Notes: generated from the letters alone by a model not told the origin. A stretch of 64,000 nt of DNA from Acetomicrobium sp. UBA5826 (GCF_002433005.1 NZ_DJHF01000025.1:45944-109943), one strand, 5' to 3'. Positions 8,738 to 19,853 are shown, counted from the first letter of the stretch. Translations and numbers: made by a program.

Positions 8738-9904
8738 ATGATCGAGTTGCATATTGAACCCTTCGGTGTTGAAGAGTGGATGAACCGGTACGAAACTAAA
8801 GCCAAGTACAATATTGCCGAAACTTGTGTGGAATCGCTCACAGTGAAAGAGCTTCTGAATTTATCGCAAGATCCTTCCGGAGCAATGATGGATATTGCGG
8901 GAATTAAACTTACTTATGGGGAAATACCCGGCTCGGGCGAATTGCGAAGGGCCATTGCTTCGCTATATAAAAGTATGGATAAAGACAATGTCTTGATCAC
9001 ACAGGGCGGAATAGGAGCGAATTTTTTGACGCAGTTTTCACTCGTAAATCCTGGCGATGGTGTCATATCTGTCTATCCCACATACCAACAGTTATATAGC
9101 GTTCCAAAGTCATTTGGGGCATCCGTTCATCTTTTGCCTCTACGTCCTGAAAACAATTTCTTGCCCGATCTAAATGAGCTTGAGGGAGTTGCTAAAACCG
9201 CCAAAAATCTTAAGATGATCTGCCTAAATAATCCGAATAACCCCACTGGCGCCTTAATGGACGGTGATTTTTTAAAGCGCATAGTGGATATAGCGAAAAG
9301 ATACGATGCTTATATTTTGTGCGACGAAGTCTATAGGGGTTTGGAGCACGAAGCAAGTTTTAAGACCCCTTCAATAGTCGATTTATACGAAAAGGGGATT
9401 AGTACCGGAAGCATGTCTAAGGTGTTTTCTCTTGCCGGATTGAGGTTGGGCTGGATAGTTGGATCTCCAGAGGTTATAAAACAATGTTTTTCCCATCGTG
9501 ATTACATGACCATAAGCTGTGGACTCGTTGATGAATACCTTGCGCTTATAGCTTTGAAGAACAGAGATCGACTTTTGGAGAGGAATTTGGGGATCGTGCG
9601 GAAAAATTTTAAGATCTTGTCTTCGTGGGTTGCCGATGAAAAAAAGGTTGGTTGGATCACGCCGAAGGCGGGAACGACAGCTTTTTTGAATTTTAGCGAC
9701 TACGGCATTTCATCAAGTGATTTTTGCGAAGGATTGTTGGCTGAGACGGGTGCTTTTTTGGTGCCGGGTAGTGCCTTTGGCACGGAATTTAACGGTTGGG
9801 CAAGGATAGGTTATGCTTGCTCCAGCGAAGTATTGCAAAAAGGACTGGAGTGTTTGTCTATTTTTTTGAGAAAAGTGGAAGGAGAAATGAATAATGCGAA
9901 GTGA
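8738..9904 (+). CDS. PLP-dependent class I/II aminotransferase
   Basis: NPNNPTG, DEVY and [15 protein letters not shown] motifs. Confidence 0.9.
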   Translation: MIELHIEPFGVEEWMNRYETKAKYNIAETCVESLTVKELLNLSQDPSGAMMDIAGIKLTYGEIPGSGELRRAIASLYKSMDKDNVLITQGGIGANFLTQFSLVNPGDGVISVYPTYQQLYSVPKSFGASVHLLPLRPENNFLPDLNELEGVAKTAKNLKMICLNNPNNPTGALMDGDFLKRIVDIAKRYDAYILCDEVYRGLEHEASFKTPSIVDLYEKGISTGSMSKVFSLAGLRLGWIVGSPEVIKQCFSHRDYMTISCGLVDEYLALIALKNRDRLLERNLGIVRKNFKILSSWVADEKKVGWITPKAGTTAFLNFSDYGISSSDFCEGLLAETGAFLVPGSAFGTEFNGWARIGYACSSEVLQKGLECLSIFLRKVEGEMNNAK

Positions 9905-11582
9905 TACTGTAAAAAAGGGAGTTTCCAGAGCGCCTCATAGGTCGCTTTTAATGGCGGCAGGATATGAAAAATGGGAGATCGAAAGACCATGGGTAGGAGT
10001 TGTCAATGCCTATAATGCAATAATCCCCGGCCATGTTCATTTGAGGACGCTAGTCGAAGCCGTTAAGGCTGGAGTGTATGCTGCTGGTGGTTTACCTCTC
10101 GAGTTTCCCGCTATAGGGGTTTGCGACGGGCTGGCGATGAATCACGAAGGTATGAAATACTCCCTGACGAGCAGGGAGCATATAATGGATTCCGTCGAGA
10201 TAATGGCAAGAGCTCATGGGATCGATGCCCTTGTGTTGGTGACGAATTGCGACAAGATAGTGCCCGGTATGGCTATGGCCGCTGCCCGTTTGGATATTCC
10301 GTCTGTTGTTTTGAGCGGTGGTCCAATGCTCACCGGAAAGGTCGATGGAGGAAAAACCGTAGATCTTTCTTCTATGTTTGAAGCAGTAGGAAAATATGCA
10401 GCAGGAGCGTTGACGGATGCCGAGTTGATTAAACTTGAAAAATCTGCTTGTCCTACCTGTGGGTCCTGTGCCGGAATGTTTACGGCTAATACGATGAATT
10501 GTATGATGGAAGCTTTAGGACTTGCCTTGCCCGGCAATGGGACTATACCGGCGGTGTTTTCCGAGAGAATTAGATTGGCAAAGGAGACGGGAAGGGCGGT
10601 TATGAAGTTAATCGAGAAGAAAATTACGCCTCGACAAATTCTGACAAAGGCCTCCTTCTTAAACGCAATTGCTGTCGATATGGCGTTGGGGGGTTCTACC
10701 AATACCACTTTGCATCTACCCGCCATTGCCTGGGCGGCAGGCCTGAATCTCCCCCTTTCCATCTTTGATGATATGAGCAAAAAGTGTCCTCATTTGTGTA
10801 ACATGAGCCCCGGGGGTAGCGATCACGTTGAAGATCTGTATTTTGCGGGAGGAGTTCCGGCAGTCATGAAAAGGTTGTCCGATGCAGGTCTTATCGACGG
10901 TAGCGCTATGACCGTAACGACAAATACAGTTGCCGACAATCTCAAGGATGCTCATGTTCTTGATGACGAGGTTATTCGACCTGTAGAGAGACCTCATCAT
11001 CGGGAAGGCGGCATTGCCGTACTTCGCGGAAACCTGGCACCCGACGGAGCGGTCGTAAAACAATCCGCCGTCTCTACTGAAATGATGAAACATAATGGCC
11101 CTGCTAGGATTTTCGACTCGGAAGAAGCGGCTACAAAGGCTATCTTTTCCGGCCAAATAAAAAAAGGTGACGTAGTGGTCATAAGGTATGAGGGTCCCAA
11201 AGGAGGACCGGGAATGAGAGAGATGTTAGGTCCAACCTCCGCATTGGCAGGGATGGGATTGGACAGGCATGTTGCCCTCATTACTGACGGCCGTTTCAGC
11301 GGGGCCACAAGGGGAGCTTCCATTGGACATGTGTCTCCTGAGGCAGCTGATGGGGGACCAATAGGACTTCTCAGAGAGGGGGACGAGGTCATAATAGACA
11401 TTCCCGCTCGTAAACTAGATGTGAACATTAGCGAAGAAGAGTTAAACTCGAGAAAAGAAGGATGGAAACCTTTTCTTAGAAAGCTTGACAGCCCTTTTTT
11501 GGAGCGGTACCGCGCTTTTGTCACTTCTGGAGCTAAAGGAGCAGTTTTGGAGGTGAATGGCGGTGGATGTGAAGACTGTTAA
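9894..11582 (+). CDS. ilvD: dihydroxy-acid dehydratase
   Basis: [45 protein letters not shown]. Confidence 0.95.
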   Translation: MRSDTVKKGVSRAPHRSLLMAAGYEKWEIERPWVGVVNAYNAIIPGHVHLRTLVEAVKAGVYAAGGLPLEFPAIGVCDGLAMNHEGMKYSLTSREHIMDSVEIMARAHGIDALVLVTNCDKIVPGMAMAAARLDIPSVVLSGGPMLTGKVDGGKTVDLSSMFEAVGKYAAGALTDAELIKLEKSACPTCGSCAGMFTANTMNCMMEALGLALPGNGTIPAVFSERIRLAKETGRAVMKLIEKKITPRQILTKASFLNAIAVDMALGGSTNTTLHLPAIAWAAGLNLPLSIFDDMSKKCPHLCNMSPGGSDHVEDLYFAGGVPAVMKRLSDAGLIDGSAMTVTTNTVADNLKDAHVLDDEVIRPVERPHHREGGIAVLRGNLAPDGAVVKQSAVSTEMMKHNGPARIFDSEEAATKAIFSGQIKKGDVVVIRYEGPKGGPGMREMLGPTSALAGMGLDRHVALITDGRFSGATRGASIGHVSPEAADGGPIGLLREGDEVIIDIPARKLDVNISEEELNSRKEGWKPFLRKLDSPFLERYRAFVTSGAKGAVLEVNGGGCEDC

Positions 11583-11871
11583 TTTGGAAGATATCGGAGA
11601 AGACAAGCGTTATAAGTCAGCCAAGAGGGAGGCTCTATATTCGATAATATTAACTGTGCTTTACTTTGTTTGGTGGTATGGGTTCGCCTATGGCATGGGG
11701 TCAAAACCTCTATCTAGCTATAAGTTCGTTATGGGTTTGCCAAGCTGGTTCTTTTGGAGTTGTGTCGTAGGGTTCATAGTCTTTTCTTTCGCCTCCTGGG
11801 TTTTGGTTAAATTTTTCTTTCAAGACATATCTCTCGAGACGGATGGGAGAGATGACCTTAAGGTAAGGTGA
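11557..11871 (+). CDS. yhdT: YhdT/DUF997-family membrane protein
   Basis: [19 protein letters not shown] two-TM pattern; directly upstream of panF as in E. coli. Confidence 0.8.
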   Translation: MAVDVKTVNLEDIGEDKRYKSAKREALYSIILTVLYFVWWYGFAYGMGSKPLSSYKFVMGLPSWFFWSCVVGFIVFSFASWVLVKFFFQDISLETDGRDDLKVR

Positions 11872-11877
11872 GGAATC

Positions 11878-13332
11878 ATGAATATCGACATTGCAATTCC
11901 ATTGGTGCTTTATCTTATTATAATATGCGGGATTGGTTATATTGCAAACAGGAAAATGTCGGAAACAAAGGGGTCATTTCTTAGCGAATACTTTATAGGT
12001 AGTCGTTCAATGGGCGGTTTTGTACTTGCCATGACATTGGTTGCCTCTTATGTTAGCGCGAGCAGCTTTGTGGGTGGCCCGGGGATGGCCTATAAGATGG
12101 GGCTGGGCTGGGTGTTGCTTGCGATGATTCAAGTTCCAACGGCATATCTTACTCTGGGCTTTTTGGGCAAGAAGTTTGCTATTGTTGCCCGTAAGATTAA
12201 CGCAATAACAATTAACGATTTCCTGAGAGCCAGATATGAAAGCACACCAATAGTAGTTATGGCATCAATCAGTTTGTTATTATTTTTCACTGCAGCTATT
12301 GTCGCGCAATTTATAGGAGGCGCCAGGTTGTTTGAGGCTATAGGTCTTCCTTACGAGGCAGGTCTCACTATATTTGCCATTACCGTAATATTTTATACGG
12401 TAATAGGAGGATTTAGGGCTGTGGTATTGACAGATGCCTTTCAGGGCATTGTCATGATGTTGGGGACTTTGGCGTTGGTGTTTGGAATTACAAAGGCAGC
12501 AGGCGGGATGGATGCCATAAGCGCCAAATTGATGGAGATAAACCCGGATTTATTGACACCTTTCGGGGTCGACGGATTTATCACAAAGCCCTTCATCTTA
12601 TCTTTTTGGATATTGGTGTGCTTTGGAATAATTGGCTTACCTCACACCGCTGTCAGGTGTATCGGTTATAAAGATTCCAAATCCATGCATAGGGCAATAG
12701 TAATTGGCACATTCGTGACCGGCTTTCTGATGTTGGGCATGCATCTGGCTGGCGCCTTGGGGAGGGCCGTACTGCCCAACATAGAAGCAGTCGATTCTGT
12801 TATACCGACTTTAACGGTCGAAGTCCTTCCTCCGATTTTTGCCGGGATCTTTTTAGCGGGGCCCATGGCATCCATTATGTCCACGGTAGATTCTCAACTT
12901 ATATTGGCCTCGGCAGCAATTATAAATGATCTGTACGTTGGCTATATTAATCCTGGCGCTGCATATGACGACAAAAAGATCAGGCGCATCAGCCTTTTAG
13001 TTACGACCATCATAGGGGTCACGGTATTTCTCGTGGCCTTTAAGCCTCCAAGTCTGATAGTGTGGATTAATCTTTTTGCCTTTGGTGGACTTGAGGCTGT
13101 ATTTTTCTGGCCGATTGTGATGGGCCTTTATTGGAAACGCGCAACTGCTTCAGGAGCTCTGGCCTCCATGATAACTGGCGTAATCCTATTTATTGCATTG
13201 AGCAAATATGCCTTTTTGCTTCACGGATTACATCCCATCGTGCCTACTTTTGTCGTAACTTTTGTCGTGTTTATAGCGGCCAGTTATCTCTCTAAACCAT
13301 CGGTTAAAGCAGTAATGAGGGTATGGGAATGA
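11878..13332 (+). CDS. panF: sodium/pantothenate symporter
   Basis: EYFIGSRSMGGFVLAMT, SASSFVGGPG, IMSTVDSQL; yhdT neighbour. Confidence 0.9.
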   Translation: MNIDIAIPLVLYLIIICGIGYIANRKMSETKGSFLSEYFIGSRSMGGFVLAMTLVASYVSASSFVGGPGMAYKMGLGWVLLAMIQVPTAYLTLGFLGKKFAIVARKINAITINDFLRARYESTPIVVMASISLLLFFTAAIVAQFIGGARLFEAIGLPYEAGLTIFAITVIFYTVIGGFRAVVLTDAFQGIVMMLGTLALVFGITKAAGGMDAISAKLMEINPDLLTPFGVDGFITKPFILSFWILVCFGIIGLPHTAVRCIGYKDSKSMHRAIVIGTFVTGFLMLGMHLAGALGRAVLPNIEAVDSVIPTLTVEVLPPIFAGIFLAGPMASIMSTVDSQLILASAAIINDLYVGYINPGAAYDDKKIRRISLLVTTIIGVTVFLVAFKPPSLIVWINLFAFGGLEAVFFWPIVMGLYWKRATASGALASMITGVILFIALSKYAFLLHGLHPIVPTFVVTFVVFIAASYLSKPSVKAVMRVWE

Positions 13333-13338
13333 CCTTCG

Positions 13339-13367
13339 TTGACATTTATTTTTATGTTTAGTATTAT
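13339..13367 (+). promoter_or_regulatory. sigma70 promoter of the tup operon leader
   Basis: TTGACA-17 nt-TATTAT. Confidence 0.7.
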
Positions 13368-13397
13368 TATCAATGTAAACATATCTTAATTTTAATA

Positions 13398-13503
13398 ATA
13401 TAACCTCCGAGTCAACGGTTCTAAGGACCTTTGTGGTCTATGAGCGTTGACCGATAGGGTCTTTTCGGAAACGAAAGGGCCTCCCGCTCGGAAAGGAGGA
13501 GAA
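13398..13503 (+). ncRNA. Moco/Tuco RNA motif (putative Mo/W-cofactor riboswitch), apparently lacking P3
   Basis: CTCCGAG..CTAAG..TATG..AGGGT..GGAAAC..CCTCCCG..GGAAAGGAG consensus elements; upstream of a tungstate ABC transporter. Confidence 0.85.
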
Positions 13504-13508
13504 AGAAC

Positions 13509-13546
13509 ATTAGTCCTTTTCCCGGCGGGAAGGGGACTAATTTTTT
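13509..13546 (+). terminator. intrinsic terminator (riboswitch expression platform)
   Basis: ATTAGTCCTTTTCCC-GGC-GGGAAGGGGACTAAT followed by a T tract, between aptamer and tupA. Confidence 0.8.
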
Positions 13547-13576
13547 GTGAAAAAATTAAGCAAGGGAGGAATTATC

Positions 13577-14437
13577 ATGAACATGAAGAGGTTGACCTCA
13601 CGGTTGCTGGTTGTTTTTGTAGCTATATTGCTTGTTTTTTCTCTTGGGCAAGGGTTCGCAGAAGCAGAAGACGTCCTTTTGATGGCAACTACAACAAGTA
13701 CCGACGATACCGGTCTTCTCGATTATCTTGCACCCATATTTAAAGAAGATACGGGAATAACTCTTCAATGGACGGCTACGGGTACTGGAAAGGCTTTAAA
13801 ATTGGGAGAAAATTGCGATGTAGATGTTCTGCTGGTTCACGATCCTGATTCTGAGGAGAAATTTATAGAAGCCGGATATGGAGTTGATAGAACTCAAGTA
13901 ATGTACAATGACTTTGTGATAATTGGCCCAGAGGATGATCCGGCTGGTATAAAGGGGTTGTCTTCTATTGAAGCATTAAATAAGATTGCCGAAAAGAAGG
14001 CTATATTTGTCAGCAGAGCCGATGAATCGGGCACTCATGCCAAGGAAAAATTTATTTGGGTGCAGGCGGGTTTGGCTATTCCTGACAAAGAAGAATGGTA
14101 TGTGCAGACAGGTCAAGGTATGTTAGTGACGATTAACGTAGCCGCCGAAAAGGGAGGCTATACGTTAACCGATAGAGGCACTTACATTAAATATGAAGCT
14201 AACCACGAAGGGAATCCTCCGCTCGTCATTCTATCCGAAGGGGATCCTTTCTTGATGAATCAATATAGCGTAATTGCGGTAAATCCTGAGAATTGCCCCA
14301 ATGTCAAATACGATTTGGCAAAGAAGTTTATCGAATGGATTGTTACTCCAAAAGCCCAGCAAGCCATAGCCGATTTCAGGCTCATGGGCAAACAACTTTT
14401 CTTCCTGAACGCAAATGCGGCTTCTGGGACAAATTAG
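13577..14437 (+). CDS. tupA: tungstate ABC transporter substrate-binding protein
   Basis: ATTTSTDDTGLL (TTTS signature), GTGKAL, MYNDF, SRADESGTH, DRGTY. Confidence 0.9.
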   Translation: MNMKRLTSRLLVVFVAILLVFSLGQGFAEAEDVLLMATTTSTDDTGLLDYLAPIFKEDTGITLQWTATGTGKALKLGENCDVDVLLVHDPDSEEKFIEAGYGVDRTQVMYNDFVIIGPEDDPAGIKGLSSIEALNKIAEKKAIFVSRADESGTHAKEKFIWVQAGLAIPDKEEWYVQTGQGMLVTINVAAEKGGYTLTDRGTYIKYEANHEGNPPLVILSEGDPFLMNQYSVIAVNPENCPNVKYDLAKKFIEWIVTPKAQQAIADFRLMGKQLFFLNANAASGTN

Positions 14438-14485
14438 TGACATCCTGCGTTCTTTAGATTTTATATAGATGCTCCAATCCCCCAT

Positions 14486-14517
14486 ATAAGCCGCCGCATC
14501 CCCCTGTGGCGGCTTAT
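14486..14517 (+). terminator. stem-loop after tupA
   Basis: ATAAGCCGCC...GGCGGCTTAT followed by T-rich sequence. Confidence 0.65.
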
Positions 14518-14577
14518 TGTTTTTTATATTTGTGTATATAATTTTTTGAGCATCGCAACTTCGAGGGAGGTAACGTC

Positions 14578-15276
14578 ATGGAATATATCTTTTCTGGAAT
14601 AGCGGAAGCCTTTGTGTTGCTTTTAAAAGGAGATGAAGAGGTATATTCGGCCGTCTCCGCTACATTGAGGGCTTCTACGGCTGCGATAATAATTTCTCTG
14701 GTTATAGGTCTTCCTTTGGGTTTTTTATTGGGCTACTTCGATTTTCCAGGCAGACGGTTTTTTAGATCCGTTTTCGATGCATTGCTTGCCCTTCCCACAG
14801 TATTGGTCGGACTATGGGTGTATGCCTTTATCTCAAATCGCGGACCACTGGGCGGTATGAATCTGCTTTTTACTCTAAAAGGCGTTATAGTGGGCGAAGT
14901 GGTTTTGGCCCTGCCTATTGTGATTGCACTTTCGGCACAATCCATCGAAGAGCTGGATTTGTCGGTAAGGGACACCCTTTTAACGCTAGGAGCCAGCGGG
15001 AAAAGGCTGTTATTCGACATCTTATGGGAGGCGAGATATGGAATGCTTATGGCAGCAATTACCGCATATGGACGCGTTATATCCGAGGTTGGTGCTGCCA
15101 CAATGTTAGGCGGAAACATAAAATGGAGAACGAGAACAATTACAACGGCAATGGCATTTGAAACAAACAAGGGTCAATTTGCCATGGGGATAGCCTTGGG
15201 GATGATCTTGCTGTTGATAGCCTTTATAGTCAACAGCACACTATCATATGCTAAGCGAAGAAGGCAGACAAGGTGA
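14578..15276 (+). CDS. tupB: tungstate ABC transporter permease
   Basis: LPTVLVGL, GPLG, YGRVISEVGA, GGNIKWRTRTITTA. Confidence 0.9.
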   Translation: MEYIFSGIAEAFVLLLKGDEEVYSAVSATLRASTAAIIISLVIGLPLGFLLGYFDFPGRRFFRSVFDALLALPTVLVGLWVYAFISNRGPLGGMNLLFTLKGVIVGEVVLALPIVIALSAQSIEELDLSVRDTLLTLGASGKRLLFDILWEARYGMLMAAITAYGRVISEVGAATMLGGNIKWRTRTITTAMAFETNKGQFAMGIALGMILLLIAFIVNSTLSYAKRRRQTR

Positions 15277-15282
15277 ACAGAC

Positions 15283-16296
15283 ATGCTTTATGAGTTAAGA
15301 GATGTTAAACGTTTTTACAACAACAGATGTGCTCTATCTGTAGATCGTTTGGCTATAGAGGGGGGTAAGATTTACGGCCTGGTCGGCCCGAACGGGAGCG
15401 GTAAGACGACGTTGCTCAGAATTTTGGCATTCTTAGATGAGCCGAGCGAAGGCCAAATTATATATAAAGGCTCTTCCGTTACGTCGCAAAACGCCTCACT
15501 TTTCCGCCAAGAAGTGACAATGCTTTTACAAAATGCACGTCTATTGACTCGAAAGGTAAAGGACAATGTGGCCTATGGCTTGAAATTACGCAGATACGAT
15601 TCGAAGACCGTTAAGACCAGGGTTGTGGAAGCGCTTGAAATGGTTGGTTTGCAGCCAAGAGATTTTTTAAACAGAGCCTGGCATGAGCTCTCGGGAGGCG
15701 AAGCTCAACGCGTAGCCTTAGCAGCGCGTCTCGCTTTAAGGCCCGATGTTTTATTGCTCGATGAGCCGACGGCAAATGTCGACAAAGTATCGGAAGCCTT
15801 GATAAATCAGGCTGTGATCAAGGCAAAAAAAGAGTGGAAAACGACTATTATCACGGTAAGCCATGATCTAGGATGGCTTTACAGCACTGCCGATGAGATC
15901 CTTTCGCTATGGAGTGGTCGAATTGTGCATCAGGGGCCTGAGAATATAATCCCCGGCCCTTGGGAAAAGCTTGAAAACGGCTTGTACTGTAAAAGATTGA
16001 GGGATGGTCAAAAGATTTATGTTTCCGGAGCCCCATCGCAATCGGGCGTTGTGTCGATTAGCCCATCGGAGATACTTTTGGCTGAACATCCTGAAAGGAC
16101 CTCTGCTCGTAATTTGTTATATTGTTTTATTAGAGAGATGGCCTATTGTAATGGCAGTCAGATAAGGGTTACCCTATCTATAGGGGAGATAAACTTGGTT
16201 GCCTTAATTACCGATGAAGCTGCCAGGGAACTCAAATTAAGCCCCGGGATGAATATATATGTAGTGTTTAAGGCCACGGCTGCGAAATGGTTATGA
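15283..16296 (+). CDS. tupC: tungstate ABC transporter ATPase with C-terminal TOBE domain
   Basis: GPNGSGKTT, LSGGEAQR, DEPT; SARN...FKATA TOBE tail. Confidence 0.85.
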   Translation: MLYELRDVKRFYNNRCALSVDRLAIEGGKIYGLVGPNGSGKTTLLRILAFLDEPSEGQIIYKGSSVTSQNASLFRQEVTMLLQNARLLTRKVKDNVAYGLKLRRYDSKTVKTRVVEALEMVGLQPRDFLNRAWHELSGGEAQRVALAARLALRPDVLLLDEPTANVDKVSEALINQAVIKAKKEWKTTIITVSHDLGWLYSTADEILSLWSGRIVHQGPENIIPGPWEKLENGLYCKRLRDGQKIYVSGAPSQSGVVSISPSEILLAEHPERTSARNLLYCFIREMAYCNGSQIRVTLSIGEINLVALITDEAARELKLSPGMNIYVVFKATAAKWL

Positions 16297-16704
16297 TAAG
16301 TTTTTTGGGTTACAGTGTGCCAATGCCTAAGCGATTTTGACGCTTTTATTGTATCTGATCTTGCTGGAAGGTTTGTGTACAGTATTTTTAAAATTCTTTC
16401 TTTGACGTTATTTCGTCCGTAATGTCTGATTTTGGCTAATATATCAAGGGGTTTATTGTTTTCTGGTATTCATATATTGACAATAAAATGTATACAATTG
16501 ACTTGACAAATATTAATATTATTGTATTTTAAAATATGTGATCGTAATCAAATCCACTTTCAATTGAGTCTGGCCAGATATAAAAACCGCATATATTACA
16601 GTGGACGAAACAATAGTTCAAATATTCAGCAACCGATAATCCTTTATCCGTCTATTTAGAATCAAAGGATGTGAGATTTTGCATGAATTAAAGGGGGTAT
16701 TTGC

Positions 16705-17736
16705 ATGTTTAAAAGGGCAATTACTGTGCTGACAGTGATAGTAGTATGTTTTACCTTTCTTTTCTCTTCACCTGCAATATCATTTGCCAAAGCGAAAAGC
16801 ATCACCTTTGGGGATTTTAGTTGGGATAGTGTGCAAATACATAATCGTATTGCCGGTTATGTATTGGAAAAGGCTTATGGATATCGCGTTTCCTATAGCT
16901 TTGGAGAAAGTCTTCCCTTGTTATTGGGGATGGCGAGAGGCGATGTAGATGTATCCATGGAAATATGGTCGGACAATATTGAGGCATGGGGTAAATATGT
17001 GGAAAGCGGCGAATGTTTGGATTTAGGTCCGACCTATCCAGATGCCGGCCAGGGTTGGTATGTACCCACATATGTCATTAAGGGCGATCCCGAAAGAGGC
17101 ATAGAGCCAATGGCGCCGGACCTCAAAAGCATTGAGGATCTTCCGAAATATTGGGAACTTTTCAAGGATCCGGAAAATCCGGATAAGGGTAGATTTTACA
17201 ATGGCCCCACAGGTTGGGTGGTTAGCTCTATAAATATGAAAAAACTTCAATCATATGGATTGGATAAGTATTATCAATCTTTTGAGCCAGGCTCTGACGC
17301 AGCTCTCTCCACTGCAATAGTAAGTGCCTATCGAAAGGGTGAGCCCATATTTTTTTACTATTGGGAGCCTACGCCGATTCTTGGCCTTTTTGACATGACT
17401 AAAATCGAGGAACCGCCATATGATATCAAGTTATGGAACGAAGAAAATGGTTACAGATGTGATTTTCCTGAATCAAAAGTCCATATAGGAGCGAGCGCAA
17501 AATTACTGCAGAAAGATCCCTTCGTCATATCGTTTTTAGCAAATTATGAAGCGACGATCGAACAGACAAACGAAGCACTTGCCTACATGTGGCAGAATGA
17601 GTTGCGACCTAAAGATGCTGCAATATGGTTTTTGAAAAAGTTTCCCGAGCAATGGGAGCAGTGGTTTCCCATTTCTGGCGATCCTCATATAGACAAGCTG
17701 AAAGAGGCATTGGATAAAGAGGTCGTTAAGGAATAG
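16705..17736 (+). CDS. glycine betaine/proline ABC transporter substrate-binding protein (ProX-like)
   Basis: Signal peptide; SWDS, GWYVPTYV, FYYWEPT. Confidence 0.85.
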   Translation: MFKRAITVLTVIVVCFTFLFSSPAISFAKAKSITFGDFSWDSVQIHNRIAGYVLEKAYGYRVSYSFGESLPLLLGMARGDVDVSMEIWSDNIEAWGKYVESGECLDLGPTYPDAGQGWYVPTYVIKGDPERGIEPMAPDLKSIEDLPKYWELFKDPENPDKGRFYNGPTGWVVSSINMKKLQSYGLDKYYQSFEPGSDAALSTAIVSAYRKGEPIFFYYWEPTPILGLFDMTKIEEPPYDIKLWNEENGYRCDFPESKVHIGASAKLLQKDPFVISFLANYEATIEQTNEALAYMWQNELRPKDAAIWFLKKFPEQWEQWFPISGDPHIDKLKEALDKEVVKE

Positions 17737-17938
17737 ATCTTAAAATTCGTTGATCGAGTTAGATTTCGGTTAGAAACTTAAATTTATGTTGAAAGAGGCG
17801 GATTTTCTAGCTCAATACAATATGTAAATTTTATAAAAGTACTTGGGTGGTTTGGGTGGGATAAAGTTTGATCGATTATTTTGGTCAAATTTTATCCCTA
17901 TTTGTTTTTGAATGTCCACGAAAATGGGAGGGATGTGG

Positions 17939-18853
17939 ATGAGTGGGATTAAGTCTATAAATGCTATTTCTCCGGTTGTTGAAGTAAAAAACCTGTGGAA
18001 GGTGTTTCCTAAAAGGCAACGTTCAAAAGGGAAGAAAACATTAAATATCGACGTTCACGATGAAGTAACGATTTCGCAGATGGAAAAAGACGGCAAGGTT
18101 GTGGTGGCTGTGAGGGATGTCTCTTTCGAGATATATCCTGGAGAGATTTTTATCGTCATGGGGTTGTCCGGCAGTGGAAAGTCAACCCTTATACGCTGTC
18201 TCATGAGATTGATAGAAGTTACGGCAGGAACGATTAAAATCAATGATCTCGATATCACCTCTTTGAGCAAAAAGGAATTGGTTAAGCACAGAAGATATCA
18301 AGCCGCGATGGTTTTCCAGCACTATGGTTTGCTTCCCCACAAAACAGTTCTGGATAACGTTGCCTTCGGCTTAAAGCTTCGAGGCGAACCGAAAGAGGAG
18401 AGATATCGAAAAGCCAAAGCTGCAATAGAAAGAGTGGGTTTGAAGGGATGGGAGAATTATTATCCTGCCGCATTGTCCGGCGGAATGCAGCAAAGGGTCG
18501 GAATAGCCCGTGCGCTGGTAATGGATGCCCCTGTTTTTTTGATGGACGAACCTTTTAGCGGTCTGGATCCTCTTATCAGCAGACAACTGCAGGACGAACT
18601 GTTGAGACTGCAGGAAGAAATGAAAAAAAGCATAATGTTTGTTACTCATGATTTATCGGAAGCTTTGCGGTTAGGCGACAGAATGGCCATCATGAGAAAG
18701 GGAAGTATAGTTCAAATCGGGACACCGGATGAGATCGTTTCGAATCCGGCAGATGACTACGTAGCTGCTTTCGTTGCCGACGAAAGGCGGACGCTGGAAA
18801 AGACGAAACTGAGTTTGGGCAACAAGCTGGCAAGTACGCCTGCAAGCTCGTAA
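17939..18853 (+). CDS. proV: glycine betaine/proline ABC transporter ATPase (ProV-like, no CBS domains)
   Basis: IMGLSGSGKST-type Walker A, LSGGMQQRVG, MDEPFSGLDPLI. Confidence 0.85.
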   Translation: MSGIKSINAISPVVEVKNLWKVFPKRQRSKGKKTLNIDVHDEVTISQMEKDGKVVVAVRDVSFEIYPGEIFIVMGLSGSGKSTLIRCLMRLIEVTAGTIKINDLDITSLSKKELVKHRRYQAAMVFQHYGLLPHKTVLDNVAFGLKLRGEPKEERYRKAKAAIERVGLKGWENYYPAALSGGMQQRVGIARALVMDAPVFLMDEPFSGLDPLISRQLQDELLRLQEEMKKSIMFVTHDLSEALRLGDRMAIMRKGSIVQIGTPDEIVSNPADDYVAAFVADERRTLEKTKLSLGNKLASTPASS

Positions 18854-18871
18854 CGAGGAGGTGAAGAGAAT

Positions 18872-19720
18872 ATGTTTCCAGAGCATTTCACTTTTCATGT
18901 AGCGGAACAAGTCAATAATTTCGTAGATTGGTTGCTAGATTCATATGCACCTCTCTTTGACGCTATTTCTACTGGGATCCTTACTATGTTGCTAAGGATA
19001 AACGAAATACTGCTGATGGTCCCCTGGTGGTTGTATATGATAATTGTTTTTGTGGTGCTCTTTGCAACCACGAAAAAGCTCATTGCTTCTTTGACCTTGG
19101 CTATCTTGCCAATGTTGATCGGTGCTTTCGAATTATGGGCATTGGCGATGGAATCGCTGGCCGTCGTGCTGACGGCGGTTATAATTTCACTGTTAATAGG
19201 TATTCCCATGGGGATACTGATGGCGGAGATCAACTCCTTTGCGGTAGTCATAAGGCCAATTTTGGATGGGATGCAGACTATGCCGAGCTTCGTGTATTTA
19301 ATACCGGCCATGATGCTCTTTGGCCTTGGCAAGGTGCCTGCGGTTTTGGCCACCTTGATATATTCGTTACCACCTGTAATAAGGCTGACGAATATGGGTT
19401 TAAGGCATGTGCCTAAAAACATAGAAGAGGCAGCTTTGGCTTATGGCGCAACGAAGTGGCAACTGCTCAAGGAAGTAAGGATTCCGCTGGCAATGCCTTC
19501 CATTCTTACCGGTGTCAATCAAACTACAATGATGGCTTTAGCTATGGTTGTCGTTGCCTCGATGATCGGGGCCAGGGGGCTTGGTCAGGAGGTGTTGCTC
19601 TCCATAAATAGAATAGATATAGGCAGAGGATTTGAAGCGGGGTTGTCAGTTGTTGTGATGGCTATAGTTATCGATAGAGTGACTCAGTCCATAGCGAAGA
19701 AATGGGAGCCGCCCAGGTAA
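18872..19720 (+). CDS. proW: glycine betaine/proline ABC transporter permease
   Basis: ILDGMQTMPSFVYLIP, GVNQTTMMALAMVV. Confidence 0.85.
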   Translation: MFPEHFTFHVAEQVNNFVDWLLDSYAPLFDAISTGILTMLLRINEILLMVPWWLYMIIVFVVLFATTKKLIASLTLAILPMLIGAFELWALAMESLAVVLTAVIISLLIGIPMGILMAEINSFAVVIRPILDGMQTMPSFVYLIPAMMLFGLGKVPAVLATLIYSLPPVIRLTNMGLRHVPKNIEEAALAYGATKWQLLKEVRIPLAMPSILTGVNQTTMMALAMVVVASMIGARGLGQEVLLSINRIDIGRGFEAGLSVVVMAIVIDRVTQSIAKKWEPPR

Positions 19721-19853
19721 GGATAATCGGAAAACTATTATTTAAAAGCTTCTTCCTTTGAAAATTATCTCATGCTAAAATATAAAACTAGCGGGATTTT
19801 CGTATGATATAGACGATTGCGCAATAAATACATAGTGGAGGTAAAAACATAGC

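Noticed and set aside
7900-8800. CRISPR-Cas locus around the cas4-like genes
   Set aside because: No cas1, cas2, effector genes or multi-unit repeat array seen in the window.
10214-11524. Long antisense ORFs (for example opposite ilvD; similar ones opposite proW and degP)
   Set aside because: Shadow frames of well-supported genes, with no recognisable motifs.
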